Below are positions 48,379-60,161 of a stretch of DNA of 64,000 nucleotides, piece after piece. The translations under genes were made by a program, and so were the position numbers. The stretch is from Eukaryota sp. TZLM1-RC (Eukaryota; Protista; Metamonada: BaSk clade): positions 434,001-498,000 of the forward strand of contig JAUPSS010000006.1 in NCBI GenBank assembly GCA_040285825.1, read 5' to 3'. The notes beneath the pieces were generated by a model that ran no database searches, was not told where the DNA came from, and saw only the letters and a list, made by a program, of their open reading frames with translations. Numbering within the stretch: the first letter of the stretch is position 1; each line of letters opens with the position of its first letter.

Positions 48379-49025
48379 AGGAAACCGATACGAAACCAAT
48401 ACGGAATAGTTTTTTCATATTGGACGTAAAGTTCGTCATCAGCATTAATATCTTTCGCAGCAAAATAAGCAATCAATGGGATAAGTTACACCATCAAAAG
48501 ATCGTTCCAAGTCGATGGCATAAACATTGATCTTTTCCTCGGATGGGGTGTTGACCATCCAGCCAGGACCATATTCCCAGAGTCGTGCCCTGGCATCAAT
48601 GAAATAATGGTCGTCACAGATTGACCAGGAGAGAGAATATTGGTTGTCTGGGATTGACCTTTGGCGGAGCTGCATGGTTTTTTTGTCAACGAGTTCACCA
48701 CCATACCAAAGAATGAGGGTACGTTTGCGGATAAACTCTTGAGCAAAAGGACCGATGCCAATGTTGGAACAAATGGATTCCTTGGGGTATACTTTGACCG
48801 CACACATCGGTAAGTAATACCCCTTGGAATTGTTATTGAGAGGAGGAGGAGACATAGGGGGATACACTCCTTTAAAACTATGGGCATCATACAGTGGCAG
48901 AGAACGGAGCTGATTGGTGTCCTTGTACGGGGAGGCTGAAATTAAGGCAGTATGGCCAAGGTAATGGTTTACAAAGGCATCCTGCGAGAGCGTGGGTTCT
49001 TGGCAAATGTTGCCCACCACCCATG
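48370..49025 (-). pseudogene. SET-domain lysine methyltransferase, one frameshift near 48482
   Basis: GIGPFAQEFIRKRTLILWYGGE..YFIDA..GWMVN..INV; shifted frame gives YFAAKDINADDELYVQY. Confidence 0.85.
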
Positions 49026-49350
49026 GCACTTTTCATCTGTGAGACCAATGTATCTTTCGGTTACACGCGGACCATGATGGCCAAAGATTTCTTGCAATAA
49101 TGCAATATTTTTGTGAAACTCATAATGATTGAGTCCAAATGTTTTTCTCAACGAATGACTGCCAACATTTTGAGGCACTCCAGCTCTTTGACCAGCTTCT
49201 TTCAAATTTTTCCAGGCAGTCTTTCTGGTTATTGGTCTGGAATAAATAGGCCTTCCTTCTCTAGATTTCGGCACGGATACAGTGGTATAGAAAACATATG
49301 CATCGGGGTCGAGTGGTTTCAAATAATTAATTAGAAACCTTTTCATTGGG
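49020..49350 (-). pseudogene. Tyrosine recombinase catalytic C-terminal half
   Basis: VGSHSLRKTFGLNHYEFHKNIALLQEIFGHHGPRVTERYIG. Confidence 0.9.
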
Positions 49351-50349
49351 GCACGAACTTTTTCCAAACGGACTGTTTAATCATTTCTATTTTTGGTTTC
49401 AGTAGCCTGAAACTCCAACAATTTGTTTTTTTGATGACAACACACTCTGGATACTCGAAGTTGGAGCAAATTTCCGATCGATCGGATTGACAAATGAATT
49501 AAATTTCTCAATAGAGCATATAAACAATTTAACATTGTTCATTTAAAAAGAGTAATTCAATTTTAAACTTCACTTTTTGATTTTGAATTTGTGATATGGT
49601 GAACGCACATCCATTGCCTTTCATGGATTCATTGACCATAATGCTATTTATCAGTAATAAGTGGACTTAATAACCAATGACAATTATAATTGACATCATG
49701 TCAAATCACAGTGATATTGTTGTGAATGTGTTATATGGTGCAATATAAATATTAGTTAATTTGAAAATGTTTTAACAACATCTTATTTAAAAATATAAAT
49801 TTAATTTATTCACAAAATAATTCATCAAATAGTCACATACACTTACGCATTTTGCATCAATTGCCGTTGTGTTTTCAAAAACAGGGCAGTAAGGTACAGA
49901 GATGATCCATACATATGTACTACTTCCTTTGACTGTCAATAGCAAAGGAATGTATCAATTCTGATGATACACTCATAAATGTAACAATATAAACCTTAAT
50001 TGTTTTTGTATTCGACAGTTCGATAGAGCATCAATTGAAATTGTTTAGGCATCCTATTACAATATTTACGTTTACTGTTCTATATCAAAATCTTTCATCG
50101 TTAAATTTGTTTTCTTTGATTTGAAATGATTTAGCTAGAAACGGTTTATTTCAATTATTGTAACATACATCAAAGAACTCCTCATTGTCGAGCTTACCTT
50201 ACTATTTTCGTCGCCAGCAGACCAAATTGGTTGTAATTCCTTTAATCTGTTGAAGCCGAAGAATTTAACACTAAGTTGTACATATTTGTGCAAGAGCACG
50301 AGCACTGTTTTTACGTTGAAAAAGCATGGGGTGTAGGAATATAAAATGT

Positions 50350-50760
50350 ATTGAGATTTATGCTTTTAACTATGTTCTTACTAGATACTTTTGTAGTTGA
50401 TATTTTATTCTGTTTTGATTTAGTAATTATTTCTTTTTATTAGTGTGGATAAATCAATATTGTTATTTATTTATGTTTCAACAATCTCAGCAATTGCTAC
50501 TCAATATGAGTAGACCTAATTTAATTCCACATCAAAACATATCATTAATCAGTTGTACGTCTTTTTTTTCATAATTTTTGTACAATGTTATGCAAAGTGG
50601 TTTGTTGGATAAGTCGTTACCTACAAATATATAGTGTTCGTCTCTCCACATATGTAATTCTACTGCAATAAAAATATGTTTTCAAACATAAGAAGGCGAC
50701 TGAATTTTTACATGTGTCAAATCTATATATCTTTTGTGTCTATTTGTATTAAGATTACGT
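50350..50760. repeat. Dispersed AT-rich repeat (copies ~62190-62520; inverted ~13460-13610 and 63395-63480)
   Basis: Direct and reverse similarity. Confidence 0.75.
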
Positions 50761-51084
50761 AATTTTTTTGCATCATATCAACAGTTTTCGTAGATTCATG
50801 GCACTCTCTAGTCATGGTACCAATGCGTTTGGTGGTAATGTGAAAATTATGGTGTCCAAAAATTTATTGTAGCAGTGCAATACTACTGTTGAACTTATTA
50901 TTGTTGAACGCAGAGGTCTTTTTTAGAAACGCGTAACTGCCAACACTTTCCTGAAAAGTATAAAACAAATGACATAATTTTTTATACCGTAATTGATACT
51001 GAAATATTGATTGATTAAATATTTGTTATTGATCATCTGCAAACTTGAATAAAACACACTTATAGCATTTAAATTTATTATTGT

Positions 51085-51609
51085 TTAAACATCTGAACCG
51101 GAAAAAGTCTGTGACAAATAGCTCTTGTTGGAAGGAGGAATCCGGCGACTATTGGTCACATTTAAATCTACCACTGTTAGTGGCCACTGATAATCTTTTA
51201 TTTGTCTGAGTATTTGATCAACTTTTCTCAAGGGGAGGGTGGTAATGAGTTCAGTCTTCTGCTGATCGAAGATAAACATAAAAGCTTCATGATCTCGTGG
51301 CGTTGTTTTCATCTTCTTCATAAGGTCCTTTACCTTGTGATTGAATTTCCGGTTATTGTCTTTTTTGGGTTTTTGATAAGAACAAGCACAGTAAACATAC
51401 ACAGAGGGGGAGAAGCCTGCAGGAAGGGGTGAAGGAATCACCGCAGGAGTCACGGGAATTGGCAAAGAGGAGCTGGATGGTTGGAACGGTGGATCACCGA
51501 AAATGGCCCGCTTTTTGGGCATTCTACGTACGTTACTGAGTAGATACTTGAACTTGGAACTATAAGCCCTACGGGACATATGTAACGAATGGAAATGAAC
51601 TTTTGCCAT
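51085..51609 (-). CDS. Orphan 'RxFNH' family member
   Basis: P/S linker, NRKFNHKVKDLMKKMK..DHEAFMFIFDQQKTELITTLP..WPLTVVDLN. Confidence 0.65.
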   Translation of the reverse strand: MAKVHFHSLHMSRRAYSSKFKYLLSNVRRMPKKRAIFGDPPFQPSSSSLPIPVTPAVIPSPLPAGFSPSVYVYCACSYQKPKKDNNRKFNHKVKDLMKKMKTTPRDHEAFMFIFDQQKTELITTLPLRKVDQILRQIKDYQWPLTVVDLNVTNSRRIPPSNKSYLSQTFSGSDV

Positions 51610-52132
51610 GTATCTAGTAGTTTTGCAAAATGTAAAATACGTGAATACCGGTATTTACATACACTCCCTTTTGACAAGTAATTATCCTCGTTATCCTTCC
51701 GCTAACGTGTAGTCTTCCTCCAGCTCCAGCGCCCCCTCGTCCTCCTCCAGTCCCGCCGAAAGCTCTCGAGTAGAGTCTCTTAATAAGGAAATAGCTGAGC
51801 TGAGAGCTAGACTTTCCTCCACTCCTGAATCTGATAATCTGTTCGAAAGCCCCTCAAAACTTGAAACTGTATCCTGCAAAGAGAATGAGTCCTCCCCTCG
51901 CTGTGAATGGAAGAGAAAGTATAGTAGTGAAAGTGGTGTAAAACAGATATCTTCACTATAGCTTCCAATGTGACAAACAGACATGTGAGATGACAATTTA
52001 TTACAACAATAAAGGTCAACACTACTGAACCAATAACATATAAGCCTAATAAGAGACTGAAAGAACTACAACAGAGTACAACAGAAAAAACAGAGTACAA
52101 CAGAAACATCACCATTTTTTATCTTACAAGGA

Positions 52133-53206
52133 ATGAGTTTCGGACTTCAACCAAACCTGGAAATCTCACACTTCTCTGCCGGTAGAGAACCCAATTGGAT
52201 AGTAACAAACCACTTACTAAACCTCTGTAGTACTGCTGCTAGAGGTTTAGTGAGTGGAATTTTATTGTGGTCATATAGGAACGACAGAGTTCAAACTATG
52301 ATCACAATGAAAAACTTGACTTACCAAGGAACACTCTCCGGTACCACCACAATTCAGGTTTTGAATCAGTCTTCTTGGGTCATTCCCCATGACTCCCTTC
52401 CCATTATAAAAACAGCAGATTGGGAATCTACGCGACACTTACGTAAACTCAAAGCCAATTACTCTAACACATACAGACGTAGGCTCGAGAAATCTGTTCT
52501 CGAATATGCTGAAAAAGAAGAATCCCTCCCGCCTCATGTCCCTGCTCAGAATCCCGTGAACCTGGTAGCTCCTTATTTAAGCCATACCGGTAGAGAATCC
52601 GTCTCCCGCTATGTAGAAGCTTTAAAGTTTACGCGATGTTGCCTTACATTCCGTACACCATCGCCCCAATTGTTCTAGAAACTTTCGAGATTTGCCACAT
52701 TTCCCTCGTGAAAATGTGGCTTCAATACCACATTTTCCCAAGCTTTTAATGAAAAAGTAAGCACCTTTAACGGACAGATTGCTCAATACAGTGATCTTGT
52801 AGATCAAATGTTAAAAGTGTGTTTTTATTACTAATTAACTAATTGCAGAAATGTAAAGATGCCATTCAAGCCTTAACAGAAGTGCACAAGAACCCAAATC
52901 TGGAATCTACAGAAAAAATTACAACATTATTACACAAGACTGATGATGTTTTTTCAGGAATCCAAGAATGTGTCGAACAAATGTTTGATACAGGGTATTT
53001 TTGAGCTATATATATTTGAGCTCCCCTCCTTTCTTATGATCGGATCAAGAGACCGAGAAGCGTATAAAGACTTCATCAAGACTTCGAAAGCACGTAACCG
53101 TACTAAATCCGCTCCTCCCAGGAAGCGTTCCAATATCACTACCTCACCTCCTGTGACTAGAGCTTCCAGGGCTCGTCGCTCGAAAAAGAGGAAAAGGCAG
53201 TGTTAG
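52133..53206 (+). pseudogene. Hypothetical gene, interrupted, basic C-terminus
   Basis: ORFs 52133..52678 and 52943..53206 with putative intron ~52817-52848 (GTGTGT..CTAATTGCAG). Confidence 0.4.
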
Positions 53207-53464
53207 TCTTGAATAGTATTTATAGCCAATAGTTTAGTTTATTTAGTATCCGCCCTATAGTATACGAAGAGAGAATACAATTCCTCTTCGTAATAAATTT
53301 CATTACATTTACATTGTATGTCGCAATCTAACGAGCCAAGACCATCAACTACACTCTGAAATAGTGTATAGACTAACAATTAATCTCAATTAATGCTAGG
53401 TTTCTCTTTTGTTGTTTTTGTTGCGGTAGCGACAGTGGGATTGATATGGAGGCCTCCGATTTCT

Positions 53465-53620
53465 GTGATAGCTTTTTCAGAGGCGTCAGTGTAAATTAGG
53501 ATGTTGCTATTGGAGTCTGGAAGGACCAGAGATAGACTATTGATGATCATATCTTTGATGTTCTGGAAATTCTTTAATTCATCTGGGTTTGTTACAGAGG
53601 AGGTCCAAGCAATCTTTTCA
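53465..53620 (-). mobile_element. LTR retrotransposon RT-RNase H junction fragment
   Basis: FQNIKDMIINSLSLVLPD..LIYTDASEKAI. Confidence 0.75.
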
Positions 53621-55119
53621 TGTTTATCAATAATTACCAATTGTTCAGTATTTGATCATTTAGTATATCTTTGCAAGATCTATAACAATATGTGACATGT
53701 GCTACAACATCTCGTTAGGTATGAATCTCGTTAGGATGAACATGTGATTGGAGAAAACCAATTTCTTGTTTCATGCCTCCTAAAACTACCAAAACGACTT
53801 CAACTCCCCCTCTTAAGAAGGCTAATGTTAACCAATCCAATAAAGAAGCAGTCTCTGAATCTGTATCTGAAACTGTGGCTGAACCCAACTTCTGCCACTT
53901 GCAAAAAGATAAGTTGTTAGTCAGTGATAAACAACTTGATTTTTCAAAATATCTGAAACGTAAAAATCGGCTAGTAACCAGAAGCACCACTGATTCGATG
54001 TATATCATTGAAGAAGTCAAAGACTCGTTATTTGTCAGCACTAATCTCCATGATGGTCCTGCTCAAGAATCAGATATCATTGATATTGTTAAATCTTAAT
54101 ATTCTTAAATCTCCAAACCATCCATATAAATTTTTCTCAAAATTAGAAATCTTAATTGGAATTGTGAAATTGTTAATCTCATTTGGCTTCTTCATCACTA
54201 TTAATCACACATTGAGAATTCCATATGACTTGGATGGACAGTCTCCTCTCTATACTAATTGTATTAAAATTCTTGACCACTTGTTGAAAATAATTATGGT
54301 TCTGGGTCTTTTTCTCATTTCAGAAGTAAAAAGTTTGTTTGATGAAAATAAAGAGAGAGAACTAGGGCGACCACCTCCGAAACGGAAGAACCAAAAGAAG
54401 TAACTAAATTAAAGGAAGAAGTTATTCCAAATCAACCAACTTTTCCAGAATAAATGATTGAAATTGTTTCAGGACAAGTCAAAGAAAATATTACTCTACG
54501 TTCTTATGGTGAAGAAAAACAGTATTGACTAAGCAAAAATTGAAAAGAAGAATGAGAGACAAGACTAGATATTTTGAGAAATTAAATTGTAAAAATTGTG
54601 GAACTGTTGCTCATTTATTTGAACCTCCTAACCTTTTTTGTTCAAAATGTCTTTCTATATCAACTAGAAAATAATTTTAAACAACTTATTTTTTTTATTG
54701 TAAAAGAGTTTACCGAAAAGGGTTTACTGAAAAATGTTTTATCAAGGACCTTTTGGTTCGTTAAAAGAAGATGAGATAAAATTACTTTCCAAATGGGATA
54801 TTAAAGTCATTGACGTTATTGAAATAAATGTTTTCTACACTCCACTGATTTATTACAATTTTCCTTTTTTTACTGAATATTATTTATTGAATAGATTATA
54901 TGCCATTCATCATAAAACCATAATTAGTAACTCCAAATTAAGGTCATTTAAAGGAAACTCTCTACAAGAATATGATAAAACAAAAATTCAAGATGGTTTT
55001 GCCTATTATTGTGATGGCACTCCACTAGGAGATTTCACTAAAAAAGAGGCAGAAATGATTGTTTTGGAAATGATTCCAAAACATTTGCATTTCAGGTTAA
55101 AGTTGCTCCTTAATAATTA

Positions 55120-56340
55120 GTTGCTCTTTAATTACGGCCAGTTACTTCGACAAATACATTAAGGCCAAAGAGCAACAGGAATTCAGGGCAACTACTATGG
55201 AAGAATTGAAACATGCCAACCAGCAGCTCACTCTGGCTGATAGTCTTTGGGAAAAATGGTTGGACCTGATAAATAAGAAGCAAGCGGAAATTACAATTCT
55301 GCCAGATGTGGTGGTAGGCTATCTTGGAAACGTCAACTTAGATGACCAGATTTGTCCTGAGGTGGCTGAAGAAATTGTCCAGTACACCTCGACCAAAGTA
55401 AAGCAACTAAAATGCGAAACGGACGAACTGTTTAGTGCTCTAGAAAACAAACTATATCGTGAGCTGGATGTCTTTATTCGATTCACTTTGTTACGTCCCC
55501 ATTCAAAAGCTTCCTTGAGTCCGTCAGCAGAAACACTTTTGAAAACAGTCAGAGTTCAAGAGAACACCCAATATACCGATTAATAATTTTTACATATCAA
55601 CTATTAAATAAACTAATTTATAAACTAATTTAATCTAAAAAACTTTGCCACTGTTCAGATTGTGGCCCATGAAGATAAGGAGATTTGTATGTACGAAAAT
55701 GTCTCCACCCACTGTGGGCAAAAAGTTCTCTGCAATCAAAATTCATAAGATTGCGAAGAACAAGCTGTAGTAACTGCAGCTGGAAGGTGGATAGATGAAA
55801 AAGAGAGAATTCTCTCACCTTTCTGCGTAAAACCCTCAAAGAAGGCTTCTATTGGATTACATTCCGGCGAATAAGGCGGAAATATGACATATCGAACACC
55901 TGAAAGTCGGAATGCTTTAGAGATATTGTTGGACTTATGTATGTTACAACCGTCCAGTACCACAACAGAATTTGCCCCACCAATTGTCGACAGTACCCTG
56001 TGTCTAAACAGGTCTGCAAGAAAACTAGTAAATTGACGGGTATTGAAATGTCCTTCTTGTATGTGATACAACACTACGTTATTCATATCCATAGCAACAC
56101 AAAGACTTATCTGCTTTTCTTTAAAAGTTGGTCATTCAAATCTAGTGTTCTGTCCCTTTCGGTTGCATGTAACTTCAATGTCCTGATATCAACTCCAGAC
56201 AGAAGCAGATCGAATGTAGCGCCCATTGATGTCCAAAGAGACGTTGAAAAGTGAGAAAAGAGCAAAGGTGAATCGGCAGATGAATTAGGTAGGGTTAAAA
56301 GTGAATTTGGGGTGTTATTCAACCCAGGTGAATCACCCAG
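55120..56340 (-). mobile_element. Two-gene IS630/Tc1 element, internally deleted transposase (55630-56226)
   Basis: MGATFDLLLSG, VLDGCNIHK, PPYSPECNPIE, YKSPYLHG; TIR reverse-complement CTGGGTGATTCACCTGGGTTGAATAA ending 56340. Confidence 0.85.
55197..55583 (+). CDS. ORF2 of two-gene IS630/Tc1 element
   Basis: Homologous to 8769..9122 and convergent with the transposase. Confidence 0.7.
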   Translation: MEELKHANQQLTLADSLWEKWLDLINKKQAEITILPDVVVGYLGNVNLDDQICPEVAEEIVQYTSTKVKQLKCETDELFSALENKLYRELDVFIRFTLLRPHSKASLSPSAETLLKTVRVQENTQYTD

Positions 56341-56341
56341 G

Positions 56342-56946
56342 TAATGTTAGAATTACTGAACTAGTTCGGCCGAACGTTCGGCACCTACTGATAGGTTCGG
56401 TTAGTTTCGGCATCTCGTTTTGATTCATTAATATCAAAACGATGTTTATCTCCTCCTTCCTTATACTATTACACTCACTATCAACCAACAAAGTAAACTT
56501 TTATTCAGAAAGTTCTACAACATCTAAATCTAGGTCATTAACCTAGGACAGTGTTTATATCCTTGACAGAAATGGTGGATAATTGAATACATAAGGCATA
56601 TCCAGCTCTATACTCCTTAATGAAATGGGAGGAAAAGCGACGGGCTGAACTTTTTAGCATTTTACTGCAGCAGCGGCACTGTGAAGTAATATTTTTGGAC
56701 ACTTTATCGTAATTAACGTTGTCCAGAAGTTTGTAAACAGGGTGCTTTGGCATTGAAGAAACCTGATGTAAAGAAGGGGATTTATGTATGAATACAGATT
56801 TTTAAACAATGAAATCTATTGTAGTAGTTGAAATAGGGATTTGGGAAAACATCTTTAAACAAAACTGTGTTGACACGTGTAAATGAACAAAAACTAGTTC
56901 GGTCGAACGTTCGGAAGGGTTGCGAACGTTCGGAATTCTAACATTG
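56342..56946 (-). mobile_element. Non-autonomous hAT-type element with BED-finger remnant
   Basis: TIRs (T/C)AATGTTAGAATT; 8-bp TSD CACCCAGG (56334-56341, 56947-56954); subterminal CCGAACGTTCGG-type palindromes; ORF 56538..56753 KHPVY..C..C.K..RF.SH. Confidence 0.85.
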
Positions 56947-56954
56947 CACCCAGG

Positions 56955-57405
56955 TATACCTTGGATGATTTTCATTTTCATTCCTCATCCTCAAACCCTT
57001 TTTCCTATGGTACCGAAGCTTCCTTGACCCGACATGCTTAACCCTTCCCCTTGTTGACACAAATTGGTCAACGCTATCCTTTTCCGGTGTCAGCACTTTT
57101 CCGATTCTGCTTTTAATCTCTCTCCATGAATCTGGCTCGTTTCTTTTTGACTCCTTACTCTCATATCTTTTCGTCTTTATCCACCTTTTGGTTAGAAGAT
57201 CGGCGAAATAGGCATTGCTTTCGTCTGTTCCGTCTTTTGTTTTCTTGGCACCACCATCACTTCTCTCTCTCATAGCGTACTTCTCTGTGTCTTTTGTCAT
57301 CTCAGTGATGCGTCATTTTGGTATGTCCCCATCTATCAGAAATCAACCTGGATATACAAGTTACACCCTGGGACTCGAACCTGAACAGATGTGTCGGCCG
57401 ATCTA
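56955..57405 (-). repeat. Divergent B-box/palindrome element
   Basis: CATGCTTAACCCTTCCCC core; GGGACTCGAAC 57370-57380; GTCGGCCGA 57393-57401. Confidence 0.7.
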
Positions 57406-57769
57406 TTCCACTTATTGTGATGATTATTAGGTCGGCAGCCATGTCGGAATATTTTTTGTATGCTTTATAATTTTCTTTTTTTATTGAACATTGATATTGG
57501 AAGATTTCATGTTAGCCTTTACCTTTTATCATTGGAAGACAGGATTCTGTTTTTTGGTTTTTAGTCTATATTATAATTACCCCGTCTTCAAGAGTTTGGG
57601 AAAATTGTTTTTTTGAATAAGAAGTTTACATGTGATGGGTATTACTAAATTTTATCACCAATGTTTTTTTTAAATTTATCTTTTTGCTTTCTGCTCATTG
57701 AATATCAATTGTGATATTGTTCTCCATAATTGTTTATCAATGCTGATTGTTGAACCTTTAATTTCACTA

Positions 57770-58424
57770 ATGTCAAAACTTTTGGTCCAGGTGATTCTAA
57801 TGGTAAAGTTGTTAGTGAATGTACTAATGATTAACCTCTTATTACCCTTGTCTAATGTTGTTTATCTAATGTTGATTTTGATGATGTAGTTGTTGTTGGT
57901 TGTCAATCTCAATCTATTGTTGCTACTGATTCTTTTATTGATTTAGAAAATGTTCTTGTTCGTGATTCAACTGTCACAGATGATCACTTTGATTTTTTTA
58001 AATTTAGAGTCTCTACCAAATATTGAGAGTAATTCTCTTTATTTTGAGTCTCTATTAATAAATACATAAACGATTGAACAATCACAAATCATTCAGTTTT
58101 TAACTGTTTGAAGTTGATTACGGTCAAGAAAGATCTGATTACGTGTGTCTGTATAGTCCACATGTTTTTGGATCTTTGTAGGTCTAATACTAATAACATT
58201 TTTATTTCTGAATTAATTGGAGGGTTTCTTGTCACGTTATCATCAAACTCGACTGTACCTCGCAGGCAAAGATACTCCCTCTTCTTCTTGTATCCATCGC
58301 CTATGGGGAGCATCACCAATAAATCTGTGTGCTTAAGCTGCGAATTAAGAAGATTTTCGGCTTGGATTAGATTCCAACATCTGAGCGACGAAAAATAGAA
58401 TACTTACCTCACCGATTATTTGAT
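57770..58424. repeat. VVVGC module plus 250-bp module with extension
   Basis: 57905-58424 near-identical to 47860-48378. Confidence 0.9.
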
Positions 58425-58995
58425 TGTTCGGTTTGCATTTAAGACCAGTCTTTTGTCATGATTGATCACTGTATCCCCGTCAATTTTTTCTTGTAGTCTT
58501 GCGGAAATTTTTGCTATGTAATACAAAAATTTGAAAAAAGTCCAAGCTTTTTCCTTTTGTACATTTCTTTTTTTGTTTTTGACATTTATGTAATTTTATT
58601 ACCCACATTGAATATCACCTTTTTTTAATTTGAGAAAACTGTCAAAAACCGGGATGATGGAAGTGTTTTTTATCGATGCGCATCTTTTGAGCCTGTTTCA
58701 CCCTCAATTATCGATTTCACCCTTAATTCTAATAGTCTCCAAAGAACCATCCTTAGATGAATCATAAATTTTGAAGACTATTATGGGTACGTCATCTCTA
58801 CTACGTTTGATTGATTTATAGGTTAGTACATGAAGCAAAGAGGAAGCCAAGCGATGGAGTTCCTTCCTGTACGTGCTGAAATGAGACAATCAGTTAACAT
58901 ACACATTGCTAGTCCGAGATTCTTTTCTTTTCAATTCGGGTACCCTAACCATTTATAATCATTTTATAATCCATTTCATGATTTGTTTTGAATCT

Positions 58996-59463
58996 TCACG
59001 TGAGATGCATTCCATCTTCCCTTTGGTAAATAGGAATCCACCATAGGAAACAATTGAACTCAACTACAAAATGAGTACCCTGGATGAATGATACATCAAC
59101 CATATTTTCATTAAGAAAATTAGCAGATGAAATCGATGATTTTGTCAATGAAAAAATACCAGGATGAATCAATTTAATGAATTTCAACTTTGGGAAATTT
59201 CGAGTAGTAATATTGGTAGGGACACCATAATAAATCAATTCTTTCAAATTAAGTAATTGAATGCGAATATTCACATTCCGTGACAAGGCCAACAACTCTA
59301 ATCTTTCAATAGATTGAGATAAAGCCACTTGGCCATTTGAAATTTTCAATCCTAAAGTGTATTCATGTAGAGCCAACTCCTTTAATGATGTCAAATTACT
59401 TAAATCTGTGACATCACCGCAACTGATAATGAGCTTGACCAGTGAAGGAGGTAATTTTGGCAA
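58996..59463 (-). pseudogene. LRR protein fragment
   Basis: LPPSLVKL..VTDLSNLTSLKEL..LKELIY..NFPKLKFIKL. Confidence 0.7.
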
Positions 59464-60161
59464 AATGCAATTGAAATTAACATGTAGATGGTTTATTTAT
59501 GTAGATTTTTGATCTTGTTTAATTTACCAGTTCACTGGACAAACTTGCTGAGTATTGATTTTTAAGCAATCTGTCAAAAAGTTGATGATAGTCCTTATGG
59601 AAACGGGAACCACAAAAATCAACAAACTCAAAAACATCAAAAAAAAACAATTTAAAACAAAACATAAACAAAAGAAACATCCCGTATCCAAGGTGATTAG
59701 TAGTATGGCTGATTCAACAACCCCCATATCATGACTCACATAATGACTGAAAAAAGTGCAATACTCTACCCCACGGAAGGATCAGAACGACGATTTCGAT
59801 ATGCCTGGTGTGTACAGGTTGAGCTTTTCATACTCAATATATCTGGAGTTGGACCGGATTGTTACGCACATCAAAAGAGGTGTCCAGTTGAGCAGGTGTT
59901 GTATTAATGTTGAACTGTTCACAATTGATTTTTGGCATGGTGGAGAATAATGATTATTTATTGTGTTTTCGTGTTGGCACAACAGACACCAATACTGTGT
60001 TGGGTTATGTCGACTTAGTTCCATAAACAGATAAACAATAACTACACGGAGAGTTTATGGACGGAGTTAAGAAAATCAAATAAAATAAACAAACAACAAA
60101 TTTAAACTAATGATGACGTGATGTCACGTCAACCTTCCAAATCGGGAAGAGCACGTTTAGG

